Assembly: GCA_025786725.1 (NCBI GenBank)
Contig: JAHLTZ010000001.1
Coordinates: 558,001 to 622,000, forward strand
Direction: 5' to 3'
From: Syncephalis fuscata S228
Taxonomy: Eukaryota > Fungi > Zoopagomycota
DNA length: 64,000 nucleotides
Each line of letters begins with the position of its first letter. The first letter of the stretch is position 1. A program made the position numbers and the translations under genes. Below are positions 15,019 through 28,489 of the stretch, one piece after another. Below the pieces are notes generated by a model. The model searched no databases. It was not told the origin of the DNA and worked only from the letters and a program-made list of their open reading frames with translations.

Positions 15019-16669
15019 TTAAAGTTTAGCACGCGGTATGTCATGGATGGAACGCACATAGTTTGAATTGATCTCTGCCAAATTAGCACAGCCTAATTTA
15101 ATTTAATATATAGTCTTCACTGTTTAGTTATTAACAATCTACTTACCGGCCAATGCCATCGTGTTGACAAATTCTGTCTGCAATATCTCCAAAAGCATCC
15201 GCAATCCATCCTCCCCTACAGTATCATTAGTATTATTAACGTCAATATTGCATATTACTATAGTCACTGCCACTTACACCATAGGCAAGTCTACAATAAC
15301 AGTTAGAACCAGTGTTAGCAGCCCTGTCTTGATGTCAGTTGGTAACTCACCCCCATAATACTGGACGTCCAATAAACACCTAATTGCATATAAATATCAA
15401 AAACGCCTTGCAATCCGCTAATATCACTTACTGCATTGGCACCAAGTGCAAGAGCCTTAAACACATCAGAGCCGTGTCGGATACCACCATCAGTGTAGAT
15501 TTCTAAACGGCCTTTTACTGCCTTCACTATTTCTGGCAGGGCATCGATCTATCGTTGCATAGTAATCAGCCTACAGCACAGCTGCTGATTCGTGACTACT
15601 CACTGTTGCTAGTGCACCATCCAACTGGCGACCGCCATGGTTGCTGACCCAGATGGCATCAACACCATACTGGCATGCCAGCTCAGCATCCTCTGGTGCC
15701 ATGATTCCCTTAAGTACAATTGGTAGCCTGGTAATTGATTTCATCCAAGCAATATCCTTTTCCCAACACAGTGTCATGTCGGCCGTGTTGCCAAATGCCT
15801 CGGAAAACGTTTTTTTGTTAGCGGCAATTTTGCCTGTTAGACGAGCAGCTGCTCTGGCCGAGCCTGTAGTTATTCCATGCTTTGGATCAAAATTGGCCAG
15901 TTTCAATGGAGACGGAAGCTGGAACTGGTTGCGTGCATTGGCAAATCGACGACCTGTAACATTTCATTCATATCAGTGCAATGATGCATTATACTGATAA
16001 ACAGTGTCTAGTTACCCAATAATGGTGCATCTACAGTAAGTACCAATGCTTTGTAGCCAGCCGCTACAGCCAATTGTCAACTTGTGTTTATTATGCTATA
16101 ATAGTCAACACTACCTTCTGCCCTGCGAATAAGCTCCTCAGAAATGCTGCGGTTTTGGAACACATAGAGCTGGAACCAGTTGGGCGTATCGACACCTGCT
16201 ACTTTGCGAACATCCTCAAGGCTAGTTGTCGCGTAGGTTGATAGCGTCATAAGAGTGCCAAACTTGGCAGCAGCTATTGACTTGCAAATAAGCCGCTAGA
16301 TTATAGCCAGTCTTCAGTACTTACCCGCTGCTGTAGCCAACTCTCCTTGTTCATGAGCCATACCGTGCATTGCAGAAGGTGCTAGACATATAGGCGAGCG
16401 TACCTTTGCACCCAACAATGTGCAGCACGTATCGATTTTTGATACATCACGTAAAATGCGCGGCCTTAGCAAATATCTACGCGCCAAAGTCAATGGTCTG
16501 TCAAATGGTAGCGTCCTACAAGTAAGATTTACCGTTTATAGGCCTGCTCATTATCCTGCATGGTCTCTTCTTCGTTGGCACCAGAGGCATAGTAGTCCCA
16601 CATGGCGCGAGGCAGGACCTGTTTGGCATTGGCCTCGAAATCGTTTAGACAAATAGGTACAGTGCTCAT
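15019..16669 (-). CDS. FMN-dependent alpha-hydroxy acid oxidase (glycolate oxidase/HAO type), peroxisomal; copy 1 with apparent 1-nt deletion near 15214
   Basis: [34 protein letters not shown] and [18 protein letters not shown]; ends in PTS1 AKL*. Read on the minus strand this copy has ctgtag|GGGAGGAT where copy 2 has ctgtag|GGTGAGGAT. Confidence 0.92.
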
Positions 16670-17121
16670 TGTAGTGAAATGGCAAGTTGAATGCTGGAAA
16701 GAATAAGGTGGTGGGTAAGTAATAATGACAATCCATAAATAGATAGTCAATTTAATGAGATCGCTGTTGTGACCTGAATAATTCGGAAATATCAGGCAAT
16801 TCTTAATGCCTGTTGGCTATTGGATAGAAATCAAACATGGGCATAATTGTAACAGTTTGATCAAATATATTTAAAATGAAACCATGTTTATTACTATAAG
16901 CCTGCATAGTTGAATAGGCGCAACTGGATACACGCTTGCTGGAAATATAATGGTGTCGTTGCTTAAAGTTGAATAAACCGAAGCATTGATTAGAGCTTGG
17001 TATATGAATAGACTGAACGATGGTTGTTAAATGGTCTTGCTCACTACCGAATATATACCTAAAGCGTATTGCACTAGCAACTTTATTTACAATACCAATG
17101 CTAGCGCCTCAAAAGTGCCAG

Positions 17122-18484
17122 TTAATCTAAATTTATAAATATGTACAACATATGCCGTATAGTTAGTGCACAGACCAATCATATGCAATACCACTTACCT
17201 TCTATTAATATCAATTATCAAGTACATAATATGAATAGCATATGCTTAGCATAGTTAAATAATATACGATGCCACTTACGAGCTATTAGTACAAATTATT
17301 AAATATATAAGATACATAGCATATGTTTAGCACATAGTTAATCGATATAAATCACACTTACTAACTATTAATGCACGTTGTCATGCACATGCAGTGTACA
17401 GAATATGTTTAGCAAATAACTAATTAATGTACCGTACTACTTACAGCCTATTTATACAAGTTATTAGACACGCGCAGTGGATAAGACATGCTTAGTATAC
17501 AGCCAATTAATATAGAATGCCACTTACCAGCTATCAATAAAAGATATTAAACATGTGCAGTACACGGCATGTACTTAGTAGCAATAATTAAAATAAAACA
17601 TCACTTACGAGCTGTCGATATAAACCAATGCATATGGTGCATAACAAATATTTAACACATGGTTAATTAATATACAATATCACTTACGGGCTATCAATGC
17701 AGGTCATTAAACACATACAGTAAACAAAATATATTTAGAATATAGCTAGTTACTACACAATCCCACTTACCGGCTATTAACACGGGTTATTAGACATGAA
17801 AAATGTATGGTATATGTTTAGCATATAGCTAAATAATATACAACATCGCTTACCTTCTATTAACACAGATAATTAAGCATACAGTAAACAAAGCATATTT
17901 AGAATATAGTTAATTAATGTACAATTTCACTTGCCAGCTATAATAAGCATTAAACATGCACAATACATAATGTGTTTAGTATATAAATAATTAGTATATA
18001 AAGGCACTTACCAACTAGTAACGTTAGTTCGATAATGCAAATAGTATTTAGTTATACAAATGGCTAGTTGTTTCTATTTTAGTTTACCTCCTATCAACAC
18101 AAATTCAGTATATTAGTATTTTTAATTCAGCATTTTATTTGTTGCTAGACTTACTTTTAGCCAATGGTGCTGATTGCCAATACATAAACAAGCAATACTT
18201 GATTAGCACACCAATAACCGTATTTTTAAAACTTACCAACTGTTTACATATGTTTGCCATATGCATAAAGGTACCCAGTAAGCGCTGGAACAATAATGCT
18301 TAATCACGGCTTACCAGCTAATAACATCATTGATTAGACATGGTGATCGAAAGTATACCGATTTGCACAATTATTGTAATTGAAACATACCACGACGGAT
18401 CAGATTTGGCCTAGCATCCACAGTGGCTGTGCTGGCCACAATAGCCACAAGGATAGCGCAGACAACGGCAATAGAAAACTTCAT
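17122..18484 (-). CDS. Micro-exon gene for a secreted 51-aa peptide precursor (17 exons, fourteen of 3 nt); copy 1
   Basis: Repeated CTTAC-NNN-CTA/CTG on the + strand (= AG|NNN|GTAAG on -). All exons are identical to copy 2; spliced product ...RPNLIRRAVAPLAKRVAEAAPPGFTQD*. Confidence 0.8.
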
Positions 18485-19929
18485 GATGGTGCAGATTTGT
18501 TGGAATAAACAAGCAAAATAAACAGCAGAGCTTAGTGAGTATTCAGAAGAAAGTAGAATGTGATGAGGAGCAGTTAGTTGAATGTGTATATTCTGCGGCC
18601 TATTTAAGTCAATGATTAGCTGAGACAACAATATGCTTTACTATACAGATTCTATCATTGATATGCAATGTGCATCGACAAAGCGCATTCGTATACTAGT
18701 TCAAGGCATACGTATACCAACATACTGATGATGTGCTATTTTGAAGCCAATCCCTTTGCTTCAATCTGCTCGGCAATTACACAAATAGCATGGCAGTTGC
18801 AATCATCCAACACATTGCCATAGGAACACATCTGCCAATTTTCACTATGCTGTTGTGCAATTCAAGCATGCGTGCAAACTGAATATGTTGGTTCTACAGA
18901 AACAGTGATGATACGCCACTACACCTTTGCTGTTGCTTCTGCCAACGAATTCCATGATCAAATATGCATGCATCCCAAATGGTGCTCAGCGCCGACATAA
19001 CAGCGGCACCAATGCATTGCGCTTGTATTTCTTTACAGGTATTTACTGTTCTATATAGAATAGTCGCAGCTTTCCAGTTGTAAAACTTTACCGCTTGATT
19101 CATACGTCAATTCAATCTGAATTGTGGCACAACTTAAAATAAACTGTCTATTTTAGCACAGCAATATTAGCAGTCTACACAGCCATTATTTTTAATTGAT
19201 TCTAGTGCTAATTACTGGCTGCTCCATATATATGTAGTTTCAATAATAAAGCATTGTAACCAAGCACAAATGTAACTGGTTGTTTAGTTTAAAGCAACAT
19301 AGATAGTCCAGAATGTATATGCTGTAATACACAAATAATAGGACACGCCACAAGCAATTCCATCAAATACAACCAGTTTGAATGGACTTTGGAAATGCAT
19401 GGTATACCAGTCGGTTATGACCATATGCACAAGTGCCAATTCATTCATAATTTATTGTAAGATTGCACATTTACTGGTTTTTATTTGTAGTGTATGTTAT
19501 GCAATGTTTTTCTATTTAGAAGATACAAATTGCTATTCTAAGGTTCTGATGTAATTATTACGAACGCTATGCATAGTGCAAATTGTGCATCCTAATTGAT
19601 GTGCTTTGGTGCATCTGTTCATTTATGTCGAATATTTGGCCACAGACAGTAAACGATACCATACAATCACAAAATTCGTGCTATCTTATATACCATGTTA
19701 TTATTAGCCTATTTTTACTTATATTACCAAATAAATGATAGCAATATTATTTAAATATTACTGATACTTTTTTATTTATTGTTCACTGTGTCAAATGCTC
19801 TAAATGGTAATAGAGCCTTAATAATAGCTATATATTATAAGAATTGGTGGAATTATCTAATTAATGAAACTGTAGCCGTATGAATAAAGTATCATTTATT
19901 AGTTCAAATATTAACGTCATTAGGTTCCA

Positions 19930-21207
19930 TTATGCAGATGCTTTGATACGTGTCAGATTAATGCGATTGGCATATTCTACTGCTTCCTTCAACAAGCCAA
20001 GTGTGTTGTCGTAGTAGTCGACCTTGACGCGATGCAAATGGGTAAACTTGGTGATATAGGCAGTAACCACCTCGACAAGATATTTACGAGATTTCTTCTC
20101 GAGACGTTCCAGACAGATGGCTGGCTGCTGAAGGTGCTTGAGGTCGTTTATGACGGTTGAAGCAACAATATCGTAGCCGTAGTCAATACACTGCCACAAC
20201 TTCTCATCGGCGCTCGTCTCAGTTGCATGTTTAATAAACGAATTCTTAAGCGTAACATCGTTGACGGCATAACGTGCGTAGTTCCAGCTTTGCTGAAGGT
20301 ATGTATCACGATCCAGCATCCAGGCTGGTCGGCTGGCTTCTTCAAACGCCGATATGTGGCGGCCAAAAATGACGACTACTCGTTTGTTTTGTTGAACCAT
20401 CTCGCCAAGTGTAGGCCATGGTGCGCTAGCATCCTTGCGTTCAAACAGCATGCCCGACAGATACTGATCGAGCTTTTGCTTAATGCCTCGTGCTGTAACG
20501 CCTCGGTCGCCGTCATAATCGCCATACTCAAGTACAATTACCTCACCGGGGTTTTCATTAAGGAATTTGCGCACCTCTGCTAGATGGGTGTCGAGTGGCG
20601 CTCCAAGTGCACGAGTTGGCCCCTCGCCATGGCAAGTAACTACTCGGCCGCTATTGTCGACACATGTGTCAACATCAAACAAACGGATGCCATCCTCCAG
20701 CTGTTTGCCAATGCTGTGGCCGCGCTGATTCTCCCAGAAGCATTCTCGCGCCCATTGTGGCATGTGGCCGCACATCATCGGAAGACCCTTGGTGCATACG
20801 CTGATAGGTGCAGTGCAGACCTTCTCCCATCCATTGCAGACCTTGCTAGTGGCAGTGCATACCTTGCTCCAGCCCTTACAAAGCACCTTGAACGGGCCTG
20901 GTAGTTTTTTGGTACATTTGGACTCAGTCTTGGTACACACGTCCGTCCATCCCTTTGTGCACTTGTCTTCGCTGGCTCCGCAGAATTTCTGGGCATTTTC
21001 GCACTTATTGATGCCGGAACAGTCGGGTGTTAGATTATACGCTGCCGAGTTGTGTGTGCCGGCAAACGTGTACTGGTCGAATGGCAGGCGGCAGTAGTCG
21101 GCTGATCCGTTGCACTTGGCTGGTGTACCGTTGACTTGTGCCATGCTTCCCGCTAGCAGGAAAGCAACCGCCATAAATACCGATGCTGATATCGCTGGAC
21201 GAACCAT
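19930..21207 (-). CDS. Secreted PLC-like phosphodiesterase (PI-PLC X/TIM-barrel) with Cys-rich insert; intact copy
   Basis: Signal peptide, CNGSADYC, FAGTHNS, ENQ...IGKQLEDGIRLFDVD, TCHG, FLNENPGEVIVL and WPTLGEMV...KRVVV; intronless. Confidence 0.85.
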   Translation of the reverse strand: MVRPAISASVFMAVAFLLAGSMAQVNGTPAKCNGSADYCRLPFDQYTFAGTHNSAAYNLTPDCSGINKCENAQKFCGASEDKCTKGWTDVCTKTESKCTKKLPGPFKVLCKGWSKVCTATSKVCNGWEKVCTAPISVCTKGLPMMCGHMPQWARECFWENQRGHSIGKQLEDGIRLFDVDTCVDNSGRVVTCHGEGPTRALGAPLDTHLAEVRKFLNENPGEVIVLEYGDYDGDRGVTARGIKQKLDQYLSGMLFERKDASAPWPTLGEMVQQNKRVVVIFGRHISAFEEASRPAWMLDRDTYLQQSWNYARYAVNDVTLKNSFIKHATETSADEKLWQCIDYGYDIVASTVINDLKHLQQPAICLERLEKKSRKYLVEVVTAYITKFTHLHRVKVDYYDNTLGLLKEAVEYANRINLTRIKASA

Positions 21208-22344
21208 GATGAATATCTTCAGTAATAGCAATAATAGGTGTAGCTAAGTAAAATGACGCTGTTTAATAGTCGTGTAGAATAAGCCTTTTAGTTATAGATT
21301 GGTAGAGTCGTAATCAATATTAATGGGATGCTGGTATAGCAGCTGAACCATGGTTTTGGTAGCTAGTTATATACCCAAAATCGAGTAGCACCTGCTTCGT
21401 TTTTGCCTGTGTTTATTGCATTTCCATGCTACAAATAAAGACTGGATTTATTGTTAATCTTTGTTTTTGCTTAAGGCCTATGGACACTGTATATTGCCAT
21501 CGATCAGTAGCCAGTATAAATTACAGGCCTAGTTGTTTCATTTACACGATTGAACAGATATTTTATTGTGTATTTGAGTAAAGATGTTTGGATAGCACGT
21601 TAATCCTTAATTGCTTTTGTCGTGCTGTTTTAATTGCTTAAATGTAAACTATACAATATATAACATCAGTGGTACGCGACAATACAGCTAAATAGCTTAG
21701 AACCAAATTAAACCCAGCCATCATGCACAGCTTAGCCATAAACCATATTTGTGCTTTTATTCATAGCTTCACTATTGCGGCAATCCAATCATTAAGGCTA
21801 TTTGGGATCGGGTAGTCGCTAACAATAGCTTGGAATAATTCAGCCGTAGTGAATCTACATAGTACTGGTTGATTGAACTAAACAGCTAATAAACTTGTTT
21901 TAATTTGGCAAAGTAAATAGCATCGGCCTATTCTACTCAAGTACTTGTCTTTACTATATCTATATTTACATATATATATTCTTATCATTTATTTAGTTTA
22001 TTACGTTATTAATCCAGGAAATAGCTGTAATAGCAATTACAAGTGTACACGATGTATTTGCAGCAATGTTGTCATATTGATTAATTGTTGTGCTACTTTA
22101 CTAAATATGTTATTTTACAACATATCACGTGACCAATAGTATTTCGTAGGTTCCAGCAAAATGCTCAATCTTCATCAATACCAATGTCATTTGCCCCTGA
22201 ATAGCAAATTTGCTGTTGTTGGGTGTCAACGAGCGTTTACCGCATTTGCATTCTCAATGCGTATCAACAGTGCGTAATTTAATTGCAATCATTATTATTA
22301 TCCAAAAACACTTTAACATAATATGTAGTGTATGTATAAAAGCC

Positions 22345-22352
22345 TAATAATA

Positions 22353-22398
<46 letters not shown>
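22345..22398. repeat. (AAT)n microsatellite
   Basis: About 17 AAT units, just inside the left repeat arm boundary. Confidence 0.95.
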
Positions 22399-22399
<1 letters not shown>

Positions 22400-22478
22400 G
22401 AAAATATGTTTTAATGTGTAGCAGCACTATGTAATTTTTACAAAAAAAAGAAAAATATTTTTCTTTATTTATTTCATT

Positions 22479-25400
22479 ATGCAGCGCATCAGTACTCATA
22501 GGACATCCAGTTCCAGTATAAGAGGTAATAGCCGGGGTAATGGCAGAGGTCGCGGCAGAGGTCGCGGTCGTGGTGGCCGTGGTGGTAGATTCCAAGACAC
22601 CACTACTCATATGCCAGCACATTTACTCGAGGAATTGAATGCCAAAGGTAGATTGACACTTGTAAAAGATATCCTAATAACAACAACGGCATCACTAGAT
22701 CCAGACACGCGTCAGTTCACCAACAAAGTTAAGTCAGTTTCTCGAAAACAGCAACGAAAGCAACAACGCCAGGAGAAGAAACAATTAAAGGCTGCAACCC
22801 ATTTGGTGAAGTCAATCTAATCATTAGTTTCTAATAAGCTAACTATTACTATAACAATAACAAACAAATAGAATAAACGCCGAAGAGATGAAGAAGATCT
22901 AATGGACAGTAACCATGACACTATCAAAAGTACTTCTATACAGTCTAAAAAACAAAAGTCAACAACAAATGGACCATCTAAGAAGCTGAATGAACTTCGT
23001 GTTGATAATTCAAAATCAATAACCACAGCCAAAAATAGACCAGTAGAAATTAGCAGTAAAGGTTCATTAGATGAGACAGAAGCAATGAGAGAACAAATTG
23101 TACGTATGGCTACACGAGATCCGAGTATGTATGCTCGTCTACGTAAATCAGGACTTGTCGAAGATGTAGGTGTATCTGATGCATCTATTGACGCAGCCGA
23201 AGCATTAGAAGAACAGATGCTGCGTTATTATGAAAAGCAACTGAAGATTAAGAAGCAAAAATTACCAAAAAGCTTTAATGATGATGGATTAGACTTTTTA
23301 TTGGAAGACATTACAGTTGGGGTAAAACATAAAATTATGCCATCAACTAAAACAGTAAAACAAGAAGATGCAGTTATAGATGATGTATTATCGGTAGGTG
23401 GTAATAGTAATAGTAATTTGACAGATAATTAAATTTAATATTGTAATAGACAAATAGCGAAAGTGAAATAGAAACAGAAAATGAATTTATTGAAATGCAA
23501 GATGAAATGGAAGTTGATTTAAATACTGAAGATGATGATGATGACGAAGAGAGTGAAGACGATGACGAAAGTGACGAAGAAGAAGATAGTAACGAAGATG
23601 ACGAAAGTGACGAAGAAGAAGAAGATGACGATGATGTTGAAAATGAAAGTGTTAGTGAAGATGATGAAGAAAGTATAGAAAATAATAAATCTACAGACAA
23701 GACAGTAATCACCAAAAATACCGAAACAGTAACAGAACAGGCATCTGGTAATACTAATAGTGGTTTATTATTTAAAATGTATTATTAATAATACTATCAA
23801 TATATAATTATAGCTGGAAAATATGTACCGCCTCATTTAAGACACTCAGAGGATGCAAGATCCGCTCAATTAATGAAACTACGCCGACAAACACAAGGTC
23901 AATTGAATCGATTGAGTGAGGCCAATATTGAATCGATTATTGCTGAAATAGAAGGATTTTATCGCAACTATCCACGTCGCGGTAAGTAGTTTATTAAATT
24001 AATACATTAAATTAAATAGTGTTTATTCTTGTATAATTATCAATTAAATAGATTTACGGATACAGTTACAGATCTTGTATTAAATGCCATTGGATTACGC
24101 TCACATCTTAATGATAACTTTGTAGTCATTAATGCTGCATTTATTGCTTCTCTTTATGGTGTTATTGGCAGTGAATTTGGTATTTAGATCATGTATATAG
24201 TTTTAATCGTATTAATTGCTGTCAATAATGAATAGGTGCACAATTTGTTCAAACATTAGTTGAACGTTTTGATACTCATCATGCAACATTATTATTGTCA
24301 TCCGGTAATGTGGATGAAAATGACGGTGACACGACAAAGGGCAAAGAATGCTCGAATCTTATTGTATTACTTACGGAACTGTACAATTTTCAAGTAAGAT
24401 AATAACTGATTTATAGAAGGCGATTGAATGATTAATGGATATATAATAGGTTGTTTCAAATGTGTTACTTTATGATTTTATACGACATTTCATCAAACAT
24501 ATCACAGAGACAAATGTGGAACTATTGACCAAAATTATACGATGTATGTGATTATTGTTATTTAAAGAATTATAATAATTGTAATAATATATTATTATGA
24601 ATAGTGTCAGGAGTGCAGTTACGTCAAGAAGATCCCAGTGCTTTAAAGGAGATTGTACTTGAATTACAAAAAAATCTTGCTCAATTAGATGCCAGTAAAC
24701 TAAGGTAAAGAAGAAGCAATTATATTAAAAAAACATTAATATAAATACTATTATAGTTCAAGAACTAAATTTATGATTGAGATGATTCAAGATTTAAAGA
24801 ATAATAAAGTAAAGAAACGAGGCACATTAGCCAGCCAGGCCAATGCTACACGAGAAATTGTAACAACTTTAAAGAAGTTTATTGGCAATTTGAACAAGAA
24901 ACGGCATGGTAAATAATAGATGCTAATTAGTTAATCAATACTAAACTGAATATTTGTATTAATAGTTGTAGTAAGCGAACCATTAAATGTTAGCTTATTG
25001 GATATACGATCGGTTAAGACCAAAGGTAATTAGTGTATAGGGATTCTACTGTCCATTCTAATGCTTTATATTTGATATTACAATAGGCAAATGGTGGCTG
25101 GTCGGTGCTTCATGGGTGGGCAACCAAGTAAACGGTCAGCATAGTGACCATGAAGAACACAATATATCAACTATGACTACAACTACAAAGACATCAAAGG
25201 CTCAATCGGACAAGACAGCTACCGATCAATTATTGGCACTGGCCCGTAAACAGAATATGAATACAGATATTAGACGTAGTATATTTGTTATATTGATGAG
25301 TAGTGAGGTAATTAGTAATAATAATATTGTTATTATTGTATCCACAATTAATTAATTAATTAATAATAACCTGAATCTGTATAGGACTATATTGATGCTT

Positions 25401-26204
25401 TTGACCGCTTAATAAAGCTTGGATTAAAAGAGGTTCAAGAACGAGAGATTGCTCGTGTTCTTTTACATTGCTGTGGTCAAGTAGGTAGACTTGGAATAGC
25501 CGTTAATAGAATACTCATCATAGTATCTGTGTTATATTATAGGAAAAAATATTTAATCCATATTATGTATTGGTAGCTGAACGTGTATGCAGCTACAAAC
25601 ATGGATTCAAAGTAACCTTTCAATATGCATTGTGGGACTTTTTAAGAGAAATGGGCGAGGAAGCAGGCGGTCTTGGATCGTCGGAAACACGACATCGATC
25701 ACACGACAATGATGACCAAGTACCAATGCGTCGTATTGTCAATGTGGCCAAATTCTACGGATGGTTGATGGGTGCCAATGCACTTTCACTTGTTGTATTA
25801 AAAGTAAGTATTTTATGTTAACATTTAATACATTGATTATTAACGATTAATTAACTGATTGATTAATTGATTAGACCATGACATTTACACGTATTCAAGC
25901 ATCGGCTCAAGTATTCTTCCGTGTTTTATTTGCTCATCTATTTCTACGTGTCTATACACTGGCTGATCGACGTCAAGATATTGATGCACTTACCCATGTA
26001 TGCTCTCGAGCCACAGTGGTACCAGCATTGGCAGATGGCATTCGCTTCTTCCTTCATTATTTTATGCGCAAGATTGATTTTCTTACTGATGCCCAGGATA
26101 TTAAAGTGGTGACGTGGTCGGTTGAAATGGCCCGTGAAATACTAAAGAATACAATAAGCAGTGGAGGCAGTCGAGAAGATCAGTGGGAAGATAATTTTAA
26201 TTAA
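22479..26204 (+). CDS. SGD1: Nucleolar MIF4G/MA3 protein (SGD1/NOM1), multi-exon
   Basis: RGG N-terminus, acidic tract, GKYVPPHLR, QLNRLSEANI, GVQLRQEDPSALKEIV, KGKWWLVGASW, ARKQNMNTDIRRSIF and TFQYALWDF. Confidence 0.9.
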
Positions 26205-26277
26205 ACTAGTTTATATTTAATAAATACTGTTGATCATTATATTGAAGAAAAGATAGCAATAATGTTATTAATTTAGT

Positions 26278-27202
26278 TTAATTGGTTCGTTTTTTAAAAG
26301 CAATAGTCGATATTTTCTGGCCCGTAGCACCACCAAATGTAAAGGAGGGATAGTGGACATGTCTATAATAATCAAAGTCTATTAAATGCTAGTTAGTAAT
26401 AGAACGTACTTTGTATGTAAAAATACTTACGTGACTGGAATCGACTTTCTAATTCAGCTCGTGTCCAATTGCAACTGGTTATTAGCAGTAGACCGGTGGT
26501 TGTGTCATTAAGTAGATGAGCTGCGGCATCCACGTAAAGATCGGCCGGTCCTCGATTGCCTTGTTCACGGGCTGTCCGCTGGTCAGGATGCAGACTAATA
26601 GCATCATAGGTGCCTTTATCCAACACCACGTTAAATCGACCACGCCATGTTGTATCGGTGGTTATCGTTGTCGTATCATCCTTACTGCGATTAGTATTAA
26701 CAAGGGAAAGTAGATCCAATGGTGTATAGTGGATAGTTTTGTCGAATCCACGCTCTTTAGCCAACGCAATGGCTAGTTCAATGGCAGCCGATGAATAATC
26801 GACACCGGTCAGTCCAGTAAATCCAGCACTGGCCAGTTCAAGTAGTAAGTGGCCATTGCCACATCCAAGATCAATCATTGGCGTATCGCGCTCTGTAACA
26901 TGTTCTTCAAGCCACTCGACCATCTTTTCGGCCGAATCCTCACCAAACCTGACCATTAATACAGTAATAACAAATTAATAAAGAATTTAAAGAAAATGGT
27001 ATGGATTTACCATACTTCTCCTATATCGCCATTTTCTTCATAGTTTACTAATTCACGTTCATAAGTACTATCCCAACTAAATGATTGGTATAATAAGTAT
27101 TCTGGATTGTTATTGTATATGTGCTAATACTTACTAATCTTTAGTGCCAAGTTTAGATGGATTCAACTCGTTAGTGGCAACTGAAGACGTGTTGGGATCC
27201 AT
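26278..27202 (-). CDS. EFM4: eEF1A lysine methyltransferase (EFM4/METTL10)
   Basis: PSKLGTKD.WD, GEVWFGE, IDLGCGNGHLL, LDKGTYDAISL and LITSCNWT. Confidence 0.92.
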
Positions 27203-27381
27203 AGACTGCTGTTGTTGTTGCTGTTATTGTTGTATGACTAATATCGTCAATGAGGATGAATAGTTAGTTAGTAGTTACTAATAAAAATGAGAATAAAACT
27301 AAAATTAAAATTTTCTTTATTATAAGTTTTTCCTTGGCTAGTTGGTCTATAACGACATTGCTATTTGGTACAAGTGCTAAT

Positions 27382-27990
27382 ATGCCAGAGACAACGACGG
27401 AAGAGAAGCCATGTCGTGTATGTACGGATTCTCGTCTTGGCGACGAAAACAGACGAGCGATAAAGTACGGGCTGAAGCATCGCTGGCTGCTGCAGCCACT
27501 GGCGCTGCACTTCTGTCCAGCACAAACGAGCCAGTTGGTAAACAGCGTGACACGACCCACAGTAACGACAACAACAACAATAATCATAACAATCATAACA
27601 ATGCACCTACCCACGTTGAAGCAACGCGTAGCGATGCCTCCACAACTCGCTTACCTTGTCCACCTGATGGATTCGAGTTGGGCAATGCCACTTGGACATT
27701 TCTCCACACGACAGCCGCCTATTATCCGGATGAGCCATCACCGGGCCAACGATTGCCATGCGGCAGATGCTTAATGGCTTGGGACATCTCTATCCGTGTG
27801 GTGACTGTGCTGACCACTTGCGTGAAGAAATACGCCGCATCCACCGGATGTAAATTCGCGCATCTCATTAAGTCAATGGCTATGCCAAATGCATAATGAA
27901 GTCAACGAGCGGCTAGGAAAACCGGCGTTTGATTGTCGACGGGTCGATGAACGTTGGCGTGATGGGCCTGCTGATGGTAGCTGCGATTAA
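27382..27990 (+). CDS. ERV1: Mitochondrial FAD-linked sulfhydryl oxidase, broken by several single-base frameshifts
   Basis: [52 protein letters not shown]...ERWRDG; the motifs lie in different frames. Confidence 0.85.
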
Positions 27991-28489
27991 TAGTGCGTGA
28001 TGCGTGTTCCCTTGATATCTGTAATAAAAATGCAAGAAAAGATAGATACATATCCTAGTGCTGTTGTTGTTGTTCTTGCAGCACATGATAATGATATTAA
28101 TGATAGCTATTGCTGTTATAACAAGTTTATTCATGCAGCGAGGATAGATGATATCATTTTTACACACGTCTAACCGGTAAGAGATTACTTCAACAGCAAT
28201 AAACCTGCTCTAATCATCAACAACACATGTGTCCGACTAATCTTATTGGTTTCGCGGTCTTCGCATGGTCGTGGAGAATTGCAGTAGACTGCATGAAGCA
28301 ACTAGTAGCATTAACAGCCGTCGCCATCACATGAATTAGCTGCTTAAATAAACGATGTTGTAAACGCAATTACTTTGGTCCCATATCTTATCTATTCTTC
28401 CTAGTTTATTGTAGTCAATCATTCAGCTTCTATATCTCCTCTAATAATAGTGTCAGTATTACTTGTTTTACTACTATAATTTCCAAGCC

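Larger units (their letters stand above)
14639..22277 (-). repeat. Left arm of ~7.6 kb inverted segmental duplication
   Basis: Reverse complement of 47474-55115; mirrored ORFs have coordinate sums of ~69750 (e.g. 21231+48520). Confidence 0.97.

Noticed and set aside
18371-18631. 86-aa ORF (and mirror 51118-51378) as the complete gene
   Set aside because: It starts at a non-ATG codon and reads into intron 1; the true start is 18484/51265.
20148-21097. Overlapping and antisense ORFs within the PLC-like gene and other CDSs
   Set aside because: Shadow frames of GC-richer coding sequence with no independent motifs.
14639-22277. Repeat arms as TIRs or LTRs of a giant transposon
   Set aside because: No transposase, recombinase or RT is recognisable inside, and the enclosed genes are conserved housekeeping genes.
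22344-22622. ORF with poly-Leu tail
   Set aside because: An artefact of the (AAT)n microsatellite and the antisense strand of SGD1.
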